The notes: a model not told the origin generated them from the letters alone. DNA of 63,491 nt, filler included, from an uncultured bacterium (GCA_964609495.1; 28 parts of 28 records of this genome joined end to end with filler, not necessarily neighbours in it), one strand, 5' to 3'. Positions 22,159-34,204 are shown, numbered from the whole stretch's first letter. Numbers and translations: made by a program.

Positions 22159-23811
22159 TGATCCCAGCTTTTGCGGTGGGAAGAGCTCAGGAGGTAGCTT
22201 TGATCCTGAAAGCGATGCAGAACTCAAATACTATACCTCTATTCCCAATATATGTTGATGGAATGGTGAGATCAGCTTGTGATATTTATGAGAATTTGGG
22301 GCATGATCTAAGTCCGCAACTACGAAATTATAAGAAAAATACTCAACAACCTATATTCTTTGATAGGACAAGGCAACAGGTGATAAAGGTATCTGCGATC
22401 TCTAGAGAGAGCATTATAGACGGAGATCCCTGCTGTATCATCTCTAGCTCTGGGATGTTATCGGGAGGTCCTTCCCCCTTCTATGCTAGAAAGATTGCAC
22501 AAGGGGAAAGGAATGCTATCTTGATGACTGGCTATCAGGATGAGGAATCTCCGGGAAGGAAATTGCTGGAGTTGGAGAGAGGACAAACTACGACCTTAGA
22601 GGATACTCCGACGACAATAAATTGCGAGGTAGCAAAGTATAACCTCTCTGCCCATGCGGATAGGAATCAAATAGCAAATATGATAAAACAGTTGAATCCC
22701 TGTTCGATAGTATTAGTGCACGGTGATGAGACAGCGATAGATAATCTCGCTTCTCAATTGAAGAACTTTAACCTCATCAAGCCTGACAATGGAATGAGCT
22801 TCGATCCTTTAGTCCCAGCTGAGAGACATAAAGAATCCGAAGTTAAAACGATATCGGTAGCTCCTTCTTCTAAAAGCACCATAAGTGAGGTGAAGAGGGG
22901 AAAGGATGCTATCACTCAAGAGGATCTCCCAAGAATATGGGAACAACTGCTCGAGCTTTGGGGGAGAAGAGGATATACCGAACCTGAACTTGCTCGTCTC
23001 TGGTTCGGAGATGGTTTCTCAAAAGCCCAGCGGAGTCAGCTATCCAATTTGTTGAGAGCTGATATGATATATTTCGATAAGGGAAGGATGGCCAAGCAAG
23101 TAATATATACCCCTAGGCCCAGAAGGAAAGTAGATGAATACACTAGGCTCAGGAAAGCTTCTCTCTCCGTCCCAGTAGAAAGGGGAGATGTGATAGTCAT
23201 TAAGGATGAGAACAACGCTCTAAGAGTGGGAATCTGTATAGAGCCACCCGATGAGGAAGGGGTATTCAAGGTGATAGTTCAAAAGAAGAGACAGGATATC
23301 TGGTTTAAGGAGGTAGTAAGGGAGAATACCGGGATAAAGCTTCCTTTGGAAGAGTCAATAGATATTAACGAGTTGAAAGTCTATCTCCCATAATAAACTA
23401 CTCCAGAAGACAACTCGTATTTTATATCAAGCAAATCCCGTTGACATTTGGTTCAGAGTCAAGGGTAAAAGCTATACCTTTGAGGAATTAGTAAAACTCA
23501 TATTCGAGGAAGCCACTCCTGAACAACGCTTAGCCTTAGCTCTCCAGATGAATGGATATAATCCTTTCTTTGAAAGAAAGGAGAATGGAGAGTATATCCC
23601 TAGAAGTGAGGAGGAGATGTTAGAGGAAGCTCCTCATTTGAAGAGAGAATTGAAGGTAAGAAAGTTGAATAGAGGGACGAGAGTGAAATTAAAGGATGGT
23701 AAAGTAGTTACCTTAACAGGCGAGTTCTTTATCAAGACTTTCCAATACGAGGATGAGGAGGGTAATATAAGCACAGCTAAGTATAGTCACTTTTCGGAAG
23801 ATGATTTTTGA
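22159..23811 (+). pseudogene. MBL/beta-CASP ribonuclease with a long C-terminal extension; one +1 frameshift near 23388 (real or assembly error); 5' truncated
   Basis: IPAFAVGRAQE, SSGML.GG.S, GYQDEESPG, SAHAD, LVHGD. Removing one C from CTCCCAT joins the frame to ORF 23548-23811. Confidence 0.75.
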
Positions 23812-23948
23812 TGAAGACTAGGGCAGTGGGATATATAAGAGTATCAACTGAAGCTGAAGAAGATTTGAGCTTAGATATACAGCGGGACGCTATAACGAGC
23901 TATTTTGACATACTCCAACGACCTTCAGTCGTTGGAGTATGTCAATGA
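23811..23948 (+). pseudogene. Serine recombinase N-terminal stub
   Basis: MKTRAVGYIRVSTE...SLDIQR catalytic motif, cut off at a perfect palindrome. Confidence 0.75.
23905..23945. repeat. Perfect 18-bp-arm palindrome
   Basis: TTGACATACTCCAACGAC-CTTCA-GTCGTTGGAGTATGTCAA. Confidence 0.9.
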
Positions 23949-24129
23949 AAACAAAGGACATTCCCTTTCGAAGAATTTAGAGGAACAAAAATAGTGAGTC
24001 CAAGGGAGTTTGTCGAATATTTTATATAAAAGTTGAAATACTAGACTTTATGGAAAGAGAATTAAAACCTATAGCCAGTTAAAAAGCTGGACTATACAGA
24101 GAGGGGCTTAAACCAATATATTATTAAAA

Positions 24130-24417
24130 TCACCTTATCAGAAGAGGTGATTTTTTTATGATTAACCAGGGATTTCTTAGCTCGATAAAGAGCTTTTTGT
24201 CTTTTAGGATGAGGTTCGAGCCGATAGTCCCCAAGATTGTTTTCTTATCTTCCAGGGTTCCATTTTCAAACCAGTATTTGGCGTAACAGGCAAAATTGAA
24301 TGTCTTTTCGCTCAGCTCTAACCATTTATCTGCTCTGTGTTCGCTATCATCTATTTTCTCTTTCAGTCTTGCCCTTTCCTTAAAGAGCCTGTTTTTGTGG
24401 GCTAGGTATTCTTCATC
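24130..24417 (-). CDS. Probable large serine recombinase C-terminus (5' truncated)
   Basis: Manual translation: coiled coil, then WLELSEKTFNFA.YAK.WFENG..EDKK.IL..IGSNL.LKDKKL.IE..PW, recognised as an LSR-type tail. Confidence 0.6.
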   Translation of the reverse strand, partial: DEEYLAHKNRLFKERARLKEKIDDSEHRADKWLELSEKTFNFACYAKYWFENGTLEDKKTILGTIGSNLILKDKKLFIELRNPWLIIKKSPLLIR

Positions 24418-24517
24418 NNNNNNNNNNNNNNNNNNNNNNNNNNNNNNNNNNNNNNNNNNNNTTAATTAATTAANNNNNNNNNNNNNNNNNNNNNNNNNNN
24501 NNNNNNNNNNNNNNNNN

Positions 24518-25665
24518 CCCCCCTCCTTATTCTTATAATCGATATGAGTGGTTATCTGGATAGCAAATTCCTGTAACAGCTCCTCCGCGATAATTCGACT
24601 ATGAGTAGCTTTATGAGTGCGAACCTCATCGTTTATCTCTCCGTGCCTTCCTCCGAAGTTATGATCGTGGCAGTAGAACAGGCTAGCCCAACCCTCGTCT
24701 AGGAGTTCCTTAGGATATATTCCCCATCCCAGTAAGTGCCGCCAGGTAGAGAATTTCTCCGCAGAAAGCAGTTCATTCTCACCCCTTCTAGCCTCTTGAT
24801 AAGTTTTAATCTCGGCGGCAGGAATACAATAGAAACCATAAGGTCTCTCTCCAATATAAGTAGGGATCTTCTCCAAATCCTCGGTATCCTTTGAGAGCGC
24901 CTCGAAGAAATTCGACAGGGTCGATATCTTAAATTTAACCTCCTCTTTTTCCCTGTTCCACCTCTCCACCACCTCGCATATCTTTGGCTCAGGCATAATC
25001 AAATCCATCTCATCACACATATATGCCTTAGTGGGAGGCCATCTCTCTGCCAGGATCTCCAACTGCTGGGGAAGTTCGGTGCAAGCGTTATCATATCCCT
25101 TGCGCAAAACGAAACCCCAACCATAATTTATATAGTGATGAGAAGCTAAAACCCGCGATCCATCTGGCGCTTTCCACCAGTGAACGATCTTGGGAGGATG
25201 CAAGCGGCTATAAGTAAAATATTTTATCCCAGCTTTAGCTAATATCTGAGGGATTTGGATGGTATGACCAGGGAGATCCGAGTGCTGACAGGCGATAAGC
25301 TCTAACCCAAAATTTTCCTTAGCCCACCTCTTAGCCATAACGATCTCTTGGATTAGAACCTCCCCATCCAATATCTGCTCTATCCCTCCCGCCATAGCAC
25401 TACAGACCTCAAGTCTCTCTGCCTCAAAAAATTTCTCGACTTTGGGCAGATAATCAGGATAGCTCCTTAAAAAGTGCTGTAAAAACATAGCGTATTCAAC
25501 AGTAAAACAATAGTCGGGATACTTCTCCATAGCATCTAAAGCCTCTCTTATGATCTCATCTGCATAAGCTAAACACTCAGCAGGAGTAGCACACCAACCT
25601 AAATCGAAATGCGAACCGGGAACTACATATATCTCCCACTTCCGTCCAAATTCGGACATAATCAA
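24518..25665 (-). CDS. Glycoside hydrolase family 38-like (alpha-mannosidase) N-terminal part
   Basis: SHFDLGW, DLPGH..QIPQIL, WWKAPDGS.VL, HDH motifs. Confidence 0.85.
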
Positions 25666-26754
25666 GTTCTCCTCCTATGTAATAATCTCCTCAGCAACCT
25701 CTTTATAGCTACATAAGGCCTCTTCCACGAACTCACCGGGAAATTGTTACCCAGAACTTCTCTTATTAGATTGCGTAGCTCTTTATCCTTCTCCTCTCTA
25801 TAAATTCGAATGAGAGGCTCGATCGCCCCCTCTCCAATATCGGCTAAGACATCCATAATAACTATTCTCGTATCTTCATTCGCTTCTCCTCTAAGAATCT
25901 CTATCAAAGGCTCGACCGCCTCTGGACCAAATTTACCCAGAGCTTCGATAGCAACCGATCTAACATGCCAACTCTCATCATTAAGTGCAGTATAAATGAG
26001 TGATTCAATCGTTCTGTCAATTTTTAACTCTCCCAGAAGTGCTGTGATCTGCAGTCGGACCTCCCGATTCTCATCCTGCAAAGTTTGAACGAGGGGTTCA
26101 GTAATACCAGCTCTCCCCAGATTAATGAGTATCCCCATAGCTATGTCATATCTACCCCACTTCTTCAAAGCCTGGAGCAATGGTTCAACAGCTCTCACAT
26201 CATCTAAACTCTTCAGAGCCAAAGCTGCCTTAATCCTTACCTCCTCATCCTCATCATCGAGCAACCCGACCAAGGGGCTCAAAGCTCTGCTATCTTTTAA
26301 CTCCCCTAAAGCTACGGCCGCTTGTATCCGCATATCCCGATCCTCGTCCTCTGAAGCTAGGATCAGAGGTTCAACTATCCTCTCATCCCCCAGATCGATC
26401 AGGGCGGACATTATAACCTTGCGAATAGCAAGAGTCTGATTCTGATCTCCAAGGATCTGAAGGAGCGAATCTACAGCTTCTTCCTCCTTTATTCTCACTA
26501 AAGCCATCGCAGCTTCTTTACGCAGTTCCTCACTCTCATTTTCATTCCCCAGAATCTCACTGAGATGCTCGATGACCTCGATCTCACCTAATTCCCCCAG
26601 GGTCTTAATTACTTCCCGACGCAGCCCTTCATCATTACTCCTAAGAAGCCGGAGCAAAGGTTCGACCGTCTCTGGACCCACATTGATTAGAGCCTCAGAG
26701 GCAGTTCTTTGAAGCTCCTCATCTCTCAAAGCCTTAATGAGAGTATCGATCCCC
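25662..26754 (-). CDS. HEAT/PBS-lyase repeat protein (5' truncated)
   Basis: Repeated VR..AA.ALG.L.D.RAVEPL..L units. Confidence 0.9.
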
Positions 26755-26854
26755 NNNNNNNNNNNNNNNNNNNNNNNNNNNNNNNNNNNNNNNNNNNNTT
26801 AATTAATTAANNNNNNNNNNNNNNNNNNNNNNNNNNNNNNNNNNNNNNNNNNNN

Positions 26855-26954
26855 GTTCAATCTCAGTGTTCCCTCTCCCCTCGTGGGAGAGGGATAGGGT
26901 GAGGGGGGATTATATCTTGATAAAAATCTGTTAGCCCGGATTTTTACATGCTTA
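26855..26954. repeat. Repeat-family copy with CATGCTTA terminus
   Basis: Core palindrome plus TTTTACATGCTTA. Confidence 0.85.
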
Positions 26955-26971
26955 CTTCTATTTAAAAGGTC

Positions 26972-27000
26972 TTGACATTTAGATACTTCTGATCTATAAT
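26972..27000 (+). promoter_or_regulatory. Consensus sigma70 promoter 17 bp from the repeat end
   Basis: TTGACA-17 bp-TATAAT. Confidence 0.88.
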
Positions 27001-27042
27001 ATAATGCGTAGCTATAAGTTATATCAAAAGCGGTGATTTAGA

Positions 27043-27960
27043 TTGAATGAATCGAGAAAAAGAGTGATGACCAAACTACAGAAACGAGAGGCTATCGCCG
27101 GATATCTTGTAATTAGCCCCTGGCTTATAGGGGTGATCATCTTTACTGCTGGTCCGATAATAGCTTCTCTTATTATAAGCTTTTGTAAATGGAGTGTTCT
27201 TGAGCCTCCTAGTTGGATTGGAATAGAAAATTATCAGAAGTTATTTAAAGATACTCTATTCTGGCAATCTTTGAAAGTTACTAGTTACTATTCGGCTCTA
27301 GCTATTCCCCTGGGAGTTACATTTGGATTATTGGTAGCTCTCTTGATGAATCAAAAGGTCAGAGCTATTACCTGGCTTAGGACTATATACTATCTTCCCG
27401 CAGTTGTCTCCGGAGTTGCTGTTGCCCTTCTCTGGCGATGGATCTTCAATCCAGAGTTAGGAGTAATAAATAATATTTTGAAATTATTTGGGATAGAGGG
27501 ACCAGCTTGGTTAACTGATGAATCTTGGGTTATACCCTCCTTCGTCATTATGAGTTTGTGGGCGATAGGAGGAGGGATGATAATTTATTTAGCTGGACTT
27601 CAAGGGATACCTCAACAGCTTTACGAAGCGGCAGATATCGATGGAGCTAATTGGTGGAATAAATTCTGGAATATCACCATACCGATGATCTCCCCGATAA
27701 TCTTCTTCAACTTGGTTATGGGCATCATCGGCTCTTTTCAGATTTTCACCCGATCTTATATAATGACTGATGGCGGTCCCAACAATGCGAGCTTATTCTA
27801 TCTGCTATATCTATACAGAAATGCCTTCCGCTATTTCAAGATGGGATATGCCTCTTCTCTAGCCTGGGTATTATTCTTAATAATCCTAATTTGTACGCTC
27901 TTAGTCTTCAAATCATCCCCTATGTGGGTGTATTATGAGGGAACTTTGAAAGGAAAATAA
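27043..27960 (+). CDS. Carbohydrate ABC transporter permease (MalF-like)
   Basis: EAA motif LYEAADIDGA; multi-TM. Confidence 0.93.
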   Translation: MNESRKRVMTKLQKREAIAGYLVISPWLIGVIIFTAGPIIASLIISFCKWSVLEPPSWIGIENYQKLFKDTLFWQSLKVTSYYSALAIPLGVTFGLLVALLMNQKVRAITWLRTIYYLPAVVSGVAVALLWRWIFNPELGVINNILKLFGIEGPAWLTDESWVIPSFVIMSLWAIGGGMIIYLAGLQGIPQQLYEAADIDGANWWNKFWNITIPMISPIIFFNLVMGIIGSFQIFTRSYIMTDGGPNNASLFYLLYLYRNAFRYFKMGYASSLAWVLFLIILICTLLVFKSSPMWVYYEGTLKGK

Positions 27961-27963
27961 TCA

Positions 27964-28827
27964 GTGACTAAGAAAATTTACTGGCTATCAAGAAAAAGCA
28001 CCCAAGACCTCATAAGCTCCATAGTTATATGGATATTACTTATAAGTGGAGCTGGCTTCCTTATGATACCTTTTTTATGGATGCTTACCTCGGCCTTAAA
28101 GCCACTTGAGGACATCTTCCTTTTGCCTCCCAAGTGGATACCAAATCCTGTGATCTGGAATAATTTTCCGAAAGCTCTTACTGCCTTACCCTTTGGCACT
28201 TATCTTAAGAATTCATGTATTATAACTTTCTCCTGTATCTTTGGTCAATTATTGTCTGCCTCATTAGTAGCTTATGGCTTTGCTCGTTTGAGATTTCCCG
28301 GTCGGAATGGGCTATTTCTCTTCCTCCTATCGACTATGATGCTGCCCGCTCAGGTAACTATGATCCCGATCTTTATTCTCTTTAGAACCATAGGCTGGGT
28401 GAATACCTTGAAGCCTCTTATTATCCCCGCCTTCTTCGGAGGAGGAGCATTCTTTATCTTTCTTCTAAGGCAGTTCTTTATGAGTATTCCTCTGGAGTTG
28501 GATGATGCGGCAAAGATAGATGGCTGTGGGGTTTTAGGCATCTGGCTTAGAATAATATTGCCTCTATCCAAACCAGCTTTGGCTGCGGTTGCCATCTTCT
28601 CCTTTTTAGGACACTGGAATGATTTCATGGGGCCTTTGATCTATCTCAATTCTGCTGATAAATATACCTTGGCTTTAGGATTGAATAGTTTTAGAGGTTT
28701 ATATGGCACCAGTTGGAATCTGCTGATGGCTGCTTCGATAGTGGTTATGCTTCCTTGTCTAATTATATTCTTCTTTGCTCAGAAGTATTTTATCCAAGGT
28801 ATAGTAATGACAGGCCTCAAAGGCTAA
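27964..28827 (+). CDS. Carbohydrate ABC transporter permease (MalG-like)
   Basis: ELDDAAKIDG, WNDF, FIQGIVMTGLKG. Confidence 0.93.
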   Translation: MTKKIYWLSRKSTQDLISSIVIWILLISGAGFLMIPFLWMLTSALKPLEDIFLLPPKWIPNPVIWNNFPKALTALPFGTYLKNSCIITFSCIFGQLLSASLVAYGFARLRFPGRNGLFLFLLSTMMLPAQVTMIPIFILFRTIGWVNTLKPLIIPAFFGGGAFFIFLLRQFFMSIPLELDDAAKIDGCGVLGIWLRIILPLSKPALAAVAIFSFLGHWNDFMGPLIYLNSADKYTLALGLNSFRGLYGTSWNLLMAASIVVMLPCLIIFFFAQKYFIQGIVMTGLKG

Positions 28828-28944
28828 TCTCGATTAAGTCTATCTCAATGATTGGGGGTGATATAAAGAAGCTGAGGATGTTCCAGATTAGACTAGAAGG
28901 GCTAGATAATGTATTGTATAAAAACAAATTTAAGGAGGTATATA

Positions 28945-29083
28945 ATGAAAAGTAAATGGATAGTTATGATCGCCGTGATATCCATAGTATTCGTTAGCTC
29001 CGCTGCTTTTGCCGCCAAGACCACGGTTGATTACTGGTCTCCCGTGGGACGAGCTAACCCGCATGGAATAGGTCTTTTGAAGA
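28945..29083 (+). CDS. Probable ABC solute-binding protein N-terminus (truncated)
   Basis: AAGGAGG RBS, signal peptide ending AFA, position after the permeases. Confidence 0.6.
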
Positions 29084-29183
29084 NNNNNNNNNNNNNNNNN
29101 NNNNNNNNNNNNNNNNNNNNNNNNNNNTTAATTAATTAANNNNNNNNNNNNNNNNNNNNNNNNNNNNNNNNNNNNNNNNNNNN

Positions 29184-29921
29184 AGCAAAGCGTCCATCGT
29201 AATCGAATCGCTTGCTATAATACACGATATAGTTTATCATCTCTCTAGCCAAAGTTCCCGCGCCTTCATCCCCGGTCTCCTCATAGTAATTAACGAGTGC
29301 CAAGATCACGACGGAGTTAAAGAGGACATCGGAGGTGCTACTTAGCTCCCAACCGTATGAAGGAGTATAAACCTCATGGGGAAAGAAGCGATAGCCCAAG
29401 GTCTCGATACTAGGGGCAAGCGATCCTAATTCCGCGTTTTGAAGCTGAGGGATCATCATTCCCATTCCCGCATTTTGGTATATAGATATCTCAGTTAGTC
29501 CCCTGATTAATTTATCTATCACATCTTTTACCCGCTTTTCCTTCGAATCAAGATACCAGGTTAGGAGCCCGTTGAGGATATATCCTTGCTCGTGAACGCT
29601 ACAATATACCTTCTCACTCCAGGGATAGCTCTCATTATAACGTAGTCCCTTAGCTCCAAAGTAGGAGAGGAGCAATTCCTTGAGCTTTTCCTCCACCTCG
29701 ATACCCTCATCGCTTCCGGTCATATTACGAAGCATTATAAGAGCATCGACCCAGCTTCCGGGCAGTTCGCTGGTATCCCATCGGGTATGTTCGGCATGAG
29801 GTGGATCGGTATCAAAATATACTCCCCAGTAGGGTAAACATCCTTTACTTCTATCAACCATACTCGTTAGATAGCGCAGACTAAGCTTCGCGCGCTCTCT
29901 TAAATCCGAGGTATTTAACAT
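29184..29921 (-). CDS. Hypothetical protein, possibly (alpha/alpha)6 glycosidase-like (3' truncated)
   Basis: GGAGG RBS; ALVNYYEETGD..A..LA helix motif. Confidence 0.5.
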
Positions 29922-29972
29922 CGCTTATCCCTCCTTTTTCGCTAACTGTCGAAGTTGGCTCATAATGATGAT

Positions 29973-29998
29973 AGCCCTTCCGAGACTTCGGAAGGGCT
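29973..29998 (-). terminator. Hairpin after rplA
   Basis: AGCCCTTCCGA-GACT-TCGGAAGGGCT; weak U-tract. Confidence 0.55.
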
Positions 29999-30031
29999 TA
30001 TCTTAATTTCAGATAAAGTTTGCTTTATGAA

Positions 30032-30745
30032 TTAGCGCCTTTTCTCCACCGTGGCGGATAGCTTTTGGGTATCTAATTTTATACCAGGCCCCATTGTGCT
30101 TGATAGCACGAGGGACTTCAGATATGTCCCTTTAACCGCGGCTGGTCGAGCTCGGATCAAAACATCCGCAAAGCTTAGAAGATTCTCGACTAGATGCTCA
30201 GTGGGAAAGGATACCTTACCGATCGGACCATGAACGATCCCCGTTCTATCAACTCGATATTCAACTCGCCCCTTTTTGATCTCTTCTACGGTATCAGCGA
30301 TCTCAAAGGTAACCGTGCCAGTCTTAGGACTGGGGAACATACCCTTGGGACCGAGAATTTTACCGAGCTTCCCTACAAATCTCATCATATCAGGAGTTGC
30401 CACTACAACATCGAAATCCATCCAGCCACCTGCTACCTTCTCGACCAACTCCTCCCCTCCCACATAATCGGCTCCAGATTCCTCTGCCTCGAGCGCCTTT
30501 TCACCCTTGGCGAATACCAGAACTCGCCTCTCTTTACCAGTGCCATGAGGTAAAGAGATCGCTCCTCTTATGTTCTGATCAGCATGACGAGGATCGACTC
30601 CCAAGCGCGCGGCAAGGTCTATAGTCTCATCGAACTTGGCAGTTGCAGTTCTCTTTATAAGCTCTATCGCCTCTTCAGGATCTAGTAAATCGGCTCTATC
30701 GACTAATTTCACTACCTCTTGATATCTTTTTCCCCTTTTCGCCAT
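30032..30745 (-). CDS. rplA: 50S ribosomal protein L1
   Basis: [29 protein letters not shown]. Confidence 0.98.
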   Translation of the reverse strand: MAKRGKRYQEVVKLVDRADLLDPEEAIELIKRTATAKFDETIDLAARLGVDPRHADQNIRGAISLPHGTGKERRVLVFAKGEKALEAEESGADYVGGEELVEKVAGGWMDFDVVVATPDMMRFVGKLGKILGPKGMFPSPKTGTVTFEIADTVEEIKKGRVEYRVDRTGIVHGPIGKVSFPTEHLVENLLSFADVLIRARPAAVKGTYLKSLVLSSTMGPGIKLDTQKLSATVEKRR

Positions 30746-30761
30746 TATTCATCTCCTCTTC

Positions 30762-31196
30762 CTAACTGGGTTGCTCCGTGACCTCAATACCCATACTCCG
30801 CGCAGTCCCCATAATTATCTTCATCGCCCCCTCGATATCATTAGCGTTTAGATCGGGCATCTTCTGCTCGGCGATCTCTTTGATCTTGGAATAGGGCAAT
30901 TGAGCCACTTTATCCCTATTTGGCTCTGCAGAAGCCTTCTCGATTCCAGCCGCTTGCTTGAGCAACACTGCCGCGGGAGGGGTTTTGCAAACAAAGGTAA
31001 AGGATCTATCCTGATAAACTGTGACCACTACAGGTGTTATCAGTCCTGCTTTAGAAGCAGTCTGAGCATTGAAGGCTTTACAGAATTCCATAATATTCAC
31101 TCCATGCTGAGCCAAAGCTGGACCAACTGGAGGGGCAGGATTAGCCTTTCCCGCCGGAACTTGCAATTTCACCATCGCAATGACTTTCTTAGCCAT
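30762..31196 (-). CDS. rplK: 50S ribosomal protein L11
   Basis: [21 protein letters not shown]. Confidence 0.98.
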   Translation of the reverse strand: MAKKVIAMVKLQVPAGKANPAPPVGPALAQHGVNIMEFCKAFNAQTASKAGLITPVVVTVYQDRSFTFVCKTPPAAVLLKQAAGIEKASAEPNRDKVAQLPYSKIKEIAEQKMPDLNANDIEGAMKIIMGTARSMGIEVTEQPS

Positions 31197-31235
31197 CTAC
31201 TTCAATTCCTCCTAGTTCTATTTTCCACTTTCCAA

Positions 31236-31375
31236 CTATAATTTTTCCACTTGATTGAACTCTGATTCCACAGGTGTCTCTCGACCAAATATAGAAACTA
31301 AGATCTTCAATCTTCTCTTCTCAGCATTTATCTCATCAATTACTCCTGTAAACTCAGCGAAGGGACCCTTGATAA
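31236..31375 (-). CDS. nusG: NusG C-terminal KOW domain (5' truncated)
   Basis: [13 protein letters not shown]...[17 protein letters not shown] upstream of rplK. Confidence 0.95.
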
Positions 31376-31669
31376 NNNNNNNNNNNNNNNNNNNNNNNNN
31401 NNNNNNNNNNNNNNNNNNNTTAATTAATTAANNNNNNNNNNNNNNNNNNNNNNNNNNNNNNNNNNNNNNNNNNNNTAATAGATAGAGGATATTTTGAATT
31501 TACAGATAAGGATATGATAAAACCTAAGAGAGTGGGGAGTTAAGTCTCTGAGGCAGAACTTCCGTCGGGAGCTTTTTTTCGTAGGGAAAAACTACTTAAT
31601 CGCTTGTTAGTCAGGATGAAGTATGATATAATAACATAAATACGGAAGTAAGGAGAATCTACTTTTATA

Positions 31670-33666
31670 ATGAATGAAGAAGTTGAAATCACTGCTCATA
31701 ATAATACTCAGCTCTTCTCGAACTACTACCTAAATGAGATCTTGCCTAAAGGTGAGGAGTGGAGAAATGTTCCCAACCTCGAGGAGAAGTTCGAGGAGTT
31801 GAAGAAACTCTATGAGGAATCAAGAAGGCTCGTAGTGGCTTCTAATGAACCTCAGACTGAAAAACACTTTGTCCGACCCGCTTTGGAGAGGTTAGGTCAT
31901 ATCTTTGAGGTTCAAACTCCCATAAATACTAAGCAGAGAACTATAACTCCAGATTATACCTTCTTCGCTTCCCCTGAAGATCGCGAGGAAGCCGCTCATC
32001 TAAAGGGAGAGAAGGAATATTTTAGGAAAGCTCTAGCTATTGGTGATGCTAAGAGATGGAATAGAAATTTGGATAAAGCCAGCAAAGAGTATAAAGACCC
32101 GTTTGCTAATACTAATCCTAACTATCAGATAGATAGCTATCTTAGACATACTAATACTCGCTGGGGAATATTGACCAATGGACCGAAGTGGAGACTCTAT
32201 AATATCGAGCGTAGCTTCTCCCTCGATACCTATTATGAAGTGGATTTAGTTGCCCTCCTCGAGCAGGGCGATTTAAATGCCTTCAAATATTTCTATCTTT
32301 TCTTCCGTCAAGAGGCTTTTATTGAGATAGCTGGCAAGTCCTTCTTGGACAAAGTTTATGCGGAAAGCAGTGAATATACAGCCAAACTTGAAGAGGATCT
32401 GAAGGAGCGCGTATATAAAGCTCTGCCCCTCATCGCTCAGGGATTTCTGGATTATCCGGGCAACGATCTCGATCCCAAAAGTGATCTCAAGGAGATATAT
32501 GATCATAGTTTGATACTGCTCTATAGACTCCTCTTCATCCTCTATGCGGAGAGCAGGGATAGGTTACCGCTTAAAAGAAATAGGGATTATGCCGATTCCT
32601 ATAGCTTGTCTAAAATTAAGCAGGAGATCGCTGATAAGATAGATAAGGATTATAAGCTGAACCCCAAAGCACTCACTTGTTGGAGCAGTTTAAAAGACCT
32701 GTTTCACCTAATCGATCAGGGATGGGAGGAGATAGATATCTTCCCCTATAATGGTGGTTTGTTCGACCCTAGTAGGAATGAATTTCTGGAGAAGTTCAAT
32801 ATCGGTGAGCTTTATATAGCCCAGTGCATCGATCTCCTCTCTCGAACGAAGGGTGATGAAGGACAACAGGTATTCATTGACTACCAATCCCTAGGGATAA
32901 GGCATCTTGGCTCGATCTATGAGGGATTGCTGGAGTATAAGTTGGAGATCGCCGAGGAGGAAAAAGTAGAGCCTAATACCTATGGGGCTGGAGAGGTCTA
33001 TTTAGTGAATGATAAAGGGGAGAGGAAGGCTTCAGGAAGCTATTACACTCCAGATTATATAGTCAAATACATCGTGGAGAATACTTTAGAGCCTCTGTGT
33101 GAGAGCAGGACTAAGGAGGAGATATTGGCTCTCAAGATATTAGATCCAGCGATGGGGAGTGGTCATTTCTTGGTAAGTGCTTGTGATTTCTTAGCCAACG
33201 CGATAATGGAGGCGCCCGCTGAAGATGAAGACTCGGAAGTAGCTAAAATAGAGGAGGATATAGATGATCTTAAGAGATTAGTAGTTGAGAAGTGCCTATT
33301 TGGAGTGGATTTGAATCCGTTGGCGGTGGAGCTAGCGAAACTTTCCTTGTGGTTACATACCTTCGTTTCTAATAAACCCTTGAACTTCTTGGATCACCAT
33401 TTCCGATGTGGGAATAGCTTAATCGGAGCTAGGATAGGGGATTTGGGGAAACTCCCAAATAGAAAAGACAACGATAAAAAAGGTGATGTTGAGCAGATGG
33501 ATATATTCCAAGATGCGTTCAAATCTAAGGTCAGTATTCTGCTTGACTTCTTTGAGCAGATCGAGGATATACCTAGCGATACCAGAGAGAATATAAAAGC
33601 CAAGGAGGAGCTATATAAAGAAGCGAAAGATATGACTAGAAGGTTCAGAGAGGTAGCTGATATCTG
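31670..33666 (+). CDS. Type IIG restriction-modification enzyme (Eco57I-like fused nuclease/N6-adenine MTase), 3' truncated
   Basis: PD..DAK nuclease, GILTNG.KWRLY, YNGGLF, GSYYTPDYIV, LDPAMGSGHFL, CGNSL. Confidence 0.9.
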
Positions 33667-33766
33667 NNNNNNNNNNNNNNNNNNNNNNNNNNNNNNNNNN
33701 NNNNNNNNNNTTAATTAATTAANNNNNNNNNNNNNNNNNNNNNNNNNNNNNNNNNNNNNNNNNNNN

Positions 33767-34204
33767 GGAACTCAAAAAGTGAGAGGAAGATTTCATAACC
33801 GAAGTGTGGAGATATCCTCAGGTAGATTGGGATTATATGGGATAGTGGATTTAATAGAGAAGAGTTCGGGGGCGGTCTTTCCCGTTGAGTATAAGAAAGG
33901 TAGGATGAGCGATTGGAAAAACGATCAGCTTCAACTCTGCGCTCAAGCTTTAGTTTTAGAGGAGCAATTAGGGATCGAGTTAGAAGCGGGATATATCTTT
34001 TATCTTAGTTCCCGTAGGAGAATGAAGATATCCTTTACTCCGGAATTGAGGAGAAAAACGCTCCAGACCGCGGAGGAACTACGACTTTTAACTGAAAAAG
34101 AGAGCGCCCCTCCACCTCACTGGACGAAAAAGCGATGTGAACCCTGTAGTATTAAGGATATCTGCCTTCCTCAAGAGATAGAGATTATGAGGATGAAATT
34201 ATGA
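33767..34204 (+). CDS. cas4: CRISPR-associated exonuclease Cas4 (5' truncated)
   Basis: G.VD..E, PVEYKKG, QLCAQAL, C..CS...C Fe-S ligands. Confidence 0.93.
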   Translation, partial: GTQKVRGRFHNRSVEISSGRLGLYGIVDLIEKSSGAVFPVEYKKGRMSDWKNDQLQLCAQALVLEEQLGIELEAGYIFYLSSRRRMKISFTPELRRKTLQTAEELRLLTEKESAPPPHWTKKRCEPCSIKDICLPQEIEIMRMKL

